IMG/VR virus record: IMGVR_UViG_3300020370_000004
Coordinates: 2,562-66,561 of that record
DNA length: 64,000 nt
Direction: 5' to 3' (one strand)
DNA from: a virus
How positions within the stretch are numbered: position 1 is the stretch's first letter; each line of letters opens with the position of its first letter. Of this stretch, positions 48,301 through 57,300 are shown one piece after another. The translations under genes were made by a program, and so were the position numbers. The notes under the pieces are model-generated. The model was given only the letters and a program-made list of their open reading frames with translations, had not been told where the DNA came from and made no database searches.

Positions 48301-51300
48301 TCTTATCACCAACCTGAATTGCATGGTTGATAGTTGTGGTGACAACCATAAGACCTGTATTAGGATCGTAGGTAGTACCTGCACCTGCAGTATATGTTGC
48401 TTGAGATGCTCTAGGATAAGTCTTATTACCTAAACCTTGTGTACAACTGAATGTCAATGAATCATCTTTGAGTTTGATGAAGTCACCATTAGATAAACCA
48501 TGACCAGTTTTAACACATTTTGCGGTAGCACCGATGAAGGTATGAGGTACAGCATGACTGATAGCACCCTGTCCACCATTTACATTAATTGTGATTGAGG
48601 TAGGTGTATATGATGTGATTGGAATATCAACGTTATAAACATAATCATTACCATTTGATCTTGGATATGTCTTAGTTTGTGTTACACCATTATATTCACA
48701 ACTCCATGATAATGAATCGGTGTCAAGTCTAATCTTACTCAGAGTTGTTAAGTTATGAGTACCAATAGTCAGTACCATATCACCTGTTGTCGCATTGTAA
48801 GTAGCATTATTAACATCAAACTGCTCAACATTGATTGTCATAATTCCTGAGGTAGCATTATATGCAACTGTCTCAGGTCCCCTAGTAGGTAATGCACTGA
48901 ATAAATGGGTATTTGTATTGGTTGAAGGTATTGTGTCAAGAACGACAACATCAAATGTATTATTTGTAACATTTGATACCTTTAACCACCTATCATATGC
49001 ATAATCTGTAGCACGTGGATACTGTTTCTTGGCAACGTTGCCATCTAGACTACATGTGAATGTTAGTGACTCTTGCTTGAATTTAATCCAGTCACCATTT
49101 ACCATACCATGTGCCAGTGATGTAACTGTCATAATGCCATTGTCAGGATTATAATTAACACCTGTCACATCAAATCCATCTGTCAATGATCTTGGATAAG
49201 ACTTAGTAGCAGTATTTCCGTCCTGTGCACAGGTAAATGTTACAGCACCCTCTGCTAATTTGATGCTCTTACCAGCAATAATATTATGTGAACCGATAGT
49301 CAATTCCATAACCCCTGTGGTTGGGTCGTATGTGGCATCTGTAGGGGTGTAATTCACGATAGGTGACTTACCAACGTTTACAGTAATAACGTTGCCTGAG
49401 ACTGCTTTAACAGCAAGTGGAGCATTGAATGCAGGATCGGTTGCTCTTGGGTAAGAATGACGTGTTGCTCTGTCATCCATTTCACAAGTAAAGATTAATC
49501 CATTCTCTTCAACAGTAACAAAATCTCTTGCCTGTCTAATACCAGCACCTTGAGCACCAGCAAATGTATGAGTAGTAGTATTGGTTGATGGAACAGTCTC
49601 TAAACACTGAATAGTAAATGTATCATTTGATACATCAAAGACTTCTACGAACTTATTACTGATTGGGTCGGTTGATCTAGGATATGTCTTAGTACCTGCA
49701 CCATGAGTACATGTGAATGATAATGAATCATCTACGATCCATACTCTGTCACCATTAGACATTCCATGACCAGTTACTGTAATAACAACCTTACCATCAG
49801 CAGGTGTATACACAGCATTAGTTGCTGTATGTTCTATTGGAGCAAGTAATGAATGATCACCAATAGTAAGTGTCATGTCACCAGTAACAGCATTATATGT
49901 GGAGTCAGATGGTGTAAACTGGAACCTCTCACTTCTTCCAACGTTAACAGTAAATGCATCAGTAGTAACACTATCAATTGTTACCCATGCACCACCAACA
50001 GGATCAGAGATACGAGGATATGTGTGGTTAGTACTGTTGTTATCTTTAGAGCATGTAAATGTTAATGAGTCAGTAGCGATCTGTATTCTGTCACCTTTGT
50101 ACATTCCATGATTAGCAGCAGTAAGTGTCATTTCACCTGTTGCAGGAATATACTTAACTTTAGATGGTTGGAATTGATATGTCTTTAATCCTTGCCATGT
50201 ATGAGCATCAGTGTTAGTAGGAGATGTACCTTGTAAAGCATTAACTGTAATAGTAGTTCCAGTTGTTGCAGTAATAGGAACATCAAAGAGATTACCAATA
50301 GGGTCTGTGGAACGAGGATAGTTCTGATTTCCACCACCACCGTAGCTACATGAGAATATTAGAGCATCATTGGCAATTCTAACTGTATCATTAGTTGTTA
50401 GAGTGTGATTACCAATATCAAGAACTAAAAGACCACTAGCAGGTGTATAAGTTGCTGTGGAAGGAACGTAGTTAGTTGTTAACTGTTCTCCTATCTCAGA
50501 TAGACCTAATACATCATCTTCAGTATATCCATTACCTGCTTGATTTAAGACAACATTAGTTACCTCATTGCCTGCAACCGTAATATCTGCAGTAGCACCA
50601 CTACCAGAACCAAGTCTGTTCTTCAATGGTACATTTAGATAAGTTCCATTACTATATCCATCACCAGGTGTTAAACCATTAGCAACATCAAATGTCTTGA
50701 TCTCATCTCCAATAGTATCCAACTGGAAACTAGAAACATATGATTGACGATCATAGTACATTGCAATGACTGAACTTCCACCCAATAATGGTTTATTGAA
50801 TGTTATAATATCACTTGCATATGTGTAATTAGAAGGGTTCTGAACAATACCATTAGCAAGAACAAATAATTGATCTTTATCTGGAGTTTTACCTATTCTA
50901 GTAGTAAATGGAACTCCATTCTCAGTAAGTTTAAATTGAGTATTAACACCATCAATAAAGCACCTAAGTGTATGACCTGAACCAGTACCAACGCTAGTTA
51001 AGTTAATTGCAGGTCCACCAGGTATGGATCTAATTTCAATAGTATTTGCGTCAACATATTTGACATAATATTCATTACCATTTGTCAATCCAGTAACAGG
51101 GGTTCCTGTTCTAATATTTGGATAATTACCTTCGTTTAGTTGAGGTAAAGTAGATGGATTATCAATACCATCAGTCATCAACTTAGCAAGGGTTGTGATA
51201 GCTGATGTGACAGTTGCACAACTGTCTGAGGCTAGTGTAATACTGAGGTCAGAAACTGGGTTTATAGTCGTGTACGTTCCCGCAGGTAGGTTGTTGACTA

Positions 51301-54300
51301 CCGCAAGGTTCATTAAGTCTCTTGCTTTATTGATTGCATGAATAGTCTCAGTCTCTTCTCCTTCAATATGTAAGATGTGATTTGCAGGATTAGTTCTAGT
51401 TACAGATGAGAGGCTATCATTACCAATAGCAGTAGTAACAATATTGAAGAGAGTGTCCATCGCAGCATCAACTGTCGCACATATAGACGCATCGAATGTA
51501 ACTCCTGTATTTGTTGTTTGCGTGTAACCATGTTGTCCTTGAATAGTAATAGAGGTGTTAATGATAATTTGAGCAGCAAACTCTTTTGCCTTGTTAAATG
51601 CCCATACTGATTGTGTTTCTTCACCATCTAGATGGACTGTATTTACATAGAAATTGGCAGCATCCCATACTTCACTATTACCACCATAACGTAAATTATA
51701 AGCAATTGCTTCGATGACATCAACGATATCATCCTCACAGTTCTGACTTCCACCAGGTACGCCAGGATAACCAGATGGTATACCAACTGTCTGATCTTGT
51801 AACATTTGATACACTGCTTCAGCAGCAATTAACTCTTTATTGTCTTTTAGGAGGTTAGCAGCGTCAATATAAGCATTACCCTGTGATACTGTCTGACCAA
51901 CATAAGAATTGATTGCTGCTAAACTAAACTGATTACCACCATATCTTAAATCATTAGCAAATGCTGCTAATATTAGTCTTGTATCTCTAGCACAAGTTGT
52001 TGAATTGTATACAAGAGATGGATATGTGTAATTTAGATCACCAATAACCTCTTCAACAATATAATCAATATTCTTAATAACTAAATCCCTAGCATCTTGG
52101 AACCTATCTCCACCAGAGTTATAAATGACACGTTGATCATCAAGTAAGTTATGACCTGTAAGAGTTATTCTATTATTAGATACATCAACGATAGAAGAAG
52201 ATGAACCATCGAATGAAAGTGATCTATCACTAATATCATCTGCCTTATATGCAATACAAGATAAGATCTTTTGAATATCCAATAACTGCTTACCAAATAC
52301 CTGAACCTCAGTTGGAACTGCTGCAGTATAATCTGCCTTACCTAGAGCAAAGTTCTGGATCTGAGACATCTTACCAGTTGCTCTAGCAGATGGTTTAGGA
52401 ATGATATATGTTGTACCATTAAAGGTAGATCCTATACTATTTGTTGTTGGAACCCACCAATCAAATGAATTACCTGCATTAAGATTAAGAGATGGTTTAG
52501 ATCTAAAGTCTTTAACACTTGCTTGTGATAGTACTTGTGTACCAACGACTTTAAAACCTGCAGGATGAGCAGCATACTTAAGTGGATTCTTCCAATCATT
52601 AATATTAATAGATGATGAGATATCATATGAGAATTCCTGATACCTGTCACTGTCATATAGTCTCTGTTCGTTAAGATCTAAGAAACCAGTTGTCTTTTCC
52701 CATGTGGTTGCTGATGTACTGATTGGAGAAACCTCAAATACAGCATCTGCCCTAGTAAACTCATGGATCTGACCAAATGCAGCAGTCTCTTCACCAAATA
52801 CAGGTTCACCGACTAAGAACTCACCTTCTACGATCTCCACACTAACAACACGTCCAGAAGCATCCCAGTTCTTAACATAACCATATGCAGTATATGATGC
52901 AGTAGATGCACCCTGATAGATCCTCTCTCCGACAGAGAAAGTAGCAGGTTTCATAAACGCAGTAATGACATCACCTAAGTCAGTAGTCTGCAATGTGAAG
53001 TATGTCTGTCCTGTAACGGGATCACCAACTGGAGCTGATGTAAATGAGATAGTAGTACCAAGATTAGCATTTGCAAGCGATGTAGCAAGTTTAATCTGGT
53101 TATCTGCTAGTCCATTTGCAGTGGTTGCTGCTACAGCATAATATGTTGTATTCTCTGCTATTCCACCAGGAAACTGACCAGTAAGTTGCTGAAGGGTTAC
53201 TTTTGTACCTGTTGGTATCTTAGTGTTATATGGGAAGTTAAGAGTGTTATTAGAAGTCAATCCAACCCATGTATGAGTTACTCTTGCTTTAACTGTAGGA
53301 GCAGCTAGGAAACCTCTACCTTCATTAATAATATTGATTACCTGTATAACTTCATTCTCAACAATTGCCTGTGTCTCATATAATGATCCACTACCACCCT
53401 CTAGAACAATCTCAGGTGTTGATACAAAGTTTGCACCACCATTAGTAATAGTGAAGTAATCAAGAACCTGAGTTCTTGTCAACTGAAGGTTATATGTGGT
53501 ATTGAGTTCAGGTTTTAGAGTTCTATCGTGAGAATAGTTAAATGTAATATTATCACCAGCAATCTTAAGTATCTTACCCATGTCTGATGACTTGAGTAGT
53601 ATAGAAGCACCAGAACCTGTTTTCTGAGTAATATTAACTACTGGAGCACTTTGATACTGAACACCACCACTTTCTATGTTAATAGACTGAACACCCTCAT
53701 TAAGGATAGTAGCATTGAACTTAGCATTAATACCGTTACCACCACTAACTTCGATATTAGGAGCAGATAGATAACCAGATCCAGTATTTGTAACAGTTAT
53801 TGTATCAACGGATGCATTTAATAGAGTAGAGATGGTTGCAGGATTAGCATGTGCCAGTTGATTAACTGTCACAGTAAAGTCTTCGTTAGATGCACCACCT
53901 GGTATCTTTGTACCATCAAAAGTGATAACATCACCTAATGCATATGCAGTACCACCTGCAGTCACTGTGACAGTAGAAATCCTTCCATTACCATCTGTGA
54001 CGACTGTGAAAGTAGCACCTGTACCATTGACAGGAGCAACACTGGTTTGAGTTACACCAGTCGTAGTCTGGTCTGCGGTATATGTTCCATTACCAGCTGG
54101 TTGAACTAACGTAGTAACGGTATCCACAGATCCATAGTAAGGATCATCAAATATAACGTCTGGAGCAGACCTATAATTCGATCCTTGGTCTGTAACAGTC
54201 ACTTCTGTAAGTGCACCACCACCAGAGACTACAGTTGCCACAAGTGCTTGAGTTCCACTTATTGCACTAATAGAAGCTTGTGAATCCGCACTATACAGAT

Positions 54301-57300
54301 TATTGGTTTCGGCAACCCCAGTAGAGAACATAATGTAACCTTTGTTCGCAGCACCTGTTCTTTCGTTCCTAAGTGGTCTAATTCTTAATACTGAGGTAAC
54401 TGGGTTCCAATTAATTACCTGACCTCTAGCAGTCTGGTTTCCTTGAGTTGTTTGCGAAATGAGGATCTCATTCGGCACAAATGACCCTAATATGTTTGTA
54501 ACGGTTAAATCAACGTAATCTGGTAAAGTAACAACTCCAGTTGGTAAAGATGCGTTGTTATATCCAGATCCTTGGTTTGTAACGGATACATTTGATAAAG
54601 AACCCGAAATAGTCGATACAGCAGTTGCACCAGATCCAGCTCTGCTAGATCCACTTAATTTTGGAAGAGATGAGTAATTTCGACCAGGATCACCAATAGA
54701 GATAGTTGCAATACCTCCAGATGGATATATTGAGTTTGTGGTGTAAGTGATACCAGTTGTGTACCCACTTTCGGGTGCTACCTTCATTTCGTAGCTAAAA
54801 CTTGTATCAGTCCTTGAAAATACTTGTTGAGTGCCTTTTATCGGATCACTGATCGCTTGGAAGTAATTTCCACTAGTAGATCCTTGAATATCGAAATAAT
54901 AGAAGATGCCAGGTAAATCTGTGACTAAAATCGTAATTGAGTTCTGATCGCCAGTAACTGAGTCTCTTTGTTCCTCAGTAATGTTCTTATAAGTGAAAAT
55001 ATCGGTATTTGCCGAATCTAACGTAAATGCAAGTGTTTTTCCAATATTACTTGTGTCAGAAGTGTCAAAAGTGTATTTGTGTCCATCAATCAGTTTTAAC
55101 TTCGGTTCTTGAACATAAACCTCGGCATTTGTGATTGTTGCTGCAGCAATAGTTGCAAAGTTGCGTTTTACGGTAAATCTGTTTAATGTATCACTACGAA
55201 CAACTGTATAGTCTGTCTTATTGTAAGACGCAGGTGATACACCTGAGATATTGACTATATCGCCAATTTGGGTCTGATGAGCTTTATTAAGATGAATTTG
55301 TGCTTCAGTTTCAACTTGGGTCAATGTTATAGTGAAACCCGAACCTCCACCGTTACCTAAGTTCAAATCTGACGCAGTAATGGTGTCACCGACGTTATAT
55401 GCAGTTCCCATCTCTGTAAGTGTAACATTTGTTACAGAACCACCAGAAACGACGATAGTTGCAATTGCACCCTTACCAGATCCATTACTTGTTATGGGAA
55501 CTCCAGAATATGTGCCATTTGTGTATCCAGACCCACCTGTGATGCTAGACCACCCATCCTGATACAAATTACCATCTGTACGCTTTCTCAAGTAAGTCCA
55601 GTCCATAGAACCGTCAGAAACAGTACCAGACTCATGAGTTGGTGCTGATGAACCAGATGTACCAGTTGAAGCAAGATAAACTCGGTCTTGAACGTAAATT
55701 AAGTCACCTAGATTATATGCAGTAGTATTTTGATATGCAGCAACAAGTTTCATGGTACGCATATCAGCATATTTGAAATGATACCTACCACCAATGATTT
55801 TTACTGTAAGAGACCTCGTATAGAGGTTATCTGATACAGAAATGACTTGACTGTCACCAACTTGCAAATAATGGTTCTCAGAAGTATTAACAGTTGCAAA
55901 ATACCTGTTTTCACCTGTTACCTCGAACATAGTGATGTTACTAACAGTTGTACCTTCAATAGCAGAGACTATTGCACTTACACCTTCTCCACCAGTGCCT
56001 GTATTATCAAATTGAAGTCTATCATTAACTTTATACTCTTTACCACCACCTTCAACTAAGTATTGGTCGATATTAGCTGATGAATACTTATTAGTACCTG
56101 ATACAACCATAGAATCAGCAGTACCACCTCTAATGACTGGATAGTAACTGAAATACCCAATTCCATCTTCAAGATAAGTTAATATCTCACCAGTTTCCAT
56201 CACAATCAATGTTGTGGTGTCTTCTAGTGCCAAGAAGAAGTCAACTCGGTTATCTAACTGTTTTCTCTTCGCTACAATGTTATCTGTACCGATAAATGGG
56301 GCTTTATACCTAACTGCGTCTTCTGTAAAGTTTTTCTGCAGACCATTACCATTCCAGTTAACAGCATCCGCTTCTGAGTAGAAATTAGGTCCTACAAAGT
56401 ACGGAAACTTCGGTTCTCCCGCAGATCCCTTAATTGTAGCGAAATATGCATAAACTCCATTTGGATATTCTGGAGTAACGCAAAATCTTCCATTATATTG
56501 ATCTAAATCACCATACCCTTCCGTATACTCATAATCTTCGATATAAGTTCCCATAGGGTCTGTCAGACCGCTTAGAAGGGCATCTCTAGAAGACTTTACA
56601 TTATAAGATGATACCATCAACTTATATGAGTTGTATGGAGCAGTATTCTCTGGATCCTCGAACCCATAAGGTCCATATATCGGATGTCCGTCATATGCCC
56701 AACCAATAATCGGTGAATGAGAGGTTGGATTCAACTCAGTCAATGATTCATCAATATTATCCCTTAATAGGAACCTGAGTATCTTAGGATTGTACAAATA
56801 TCCATATTCACCACCATATATCAAATAGTTCTCACCCTGCATCGTTGTACCGTTTGCAGTATCCACAGTTTTTCTATTTGTGAACTGATTTGAGGGTACA
56901 CCGAGTTCTTCGTATGTTGCTGCTTCGTTAAATGTTAATTCTGTTAAATTAGTCTGGAATTGTGCACCTGAGCCAGGATATACGATACTAATAGTCGTAG
57001 CACCTGCAGAATAGCCTGCACCCTTGTTTGTTATAACAACACCAGTAACAATGTTGGTAGAAAGGTCAACTTGAGCAAATGCAGTAGCACCAACTCCGTC
57101 TCCAGTGATAATAACGTCAGGAGCACCAAAATATCCACTACCACCAAATGTAACAATGATACTTTCAATCTTTCCGTTCAATATGGATGGATATGCAACA
57201 GCACCACTACCAGAGATCAATTTGATAGTTGGTTCGTAAGTATATTGACCACCTGCGTCAGTAATGTTGATGGTATCGACTGGACCTCGACAAGTTGCGG

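Noticed and set aside
20325-50475. Recurrent DNA words such as ttgctcttggata as a CRISPR array or DGR template/variable repeats
   Set aside because: They encode YPR protein repeats, are degenerate at synonymous sites and irregularly spaced; no cas or reverse transcriptase gene is present.
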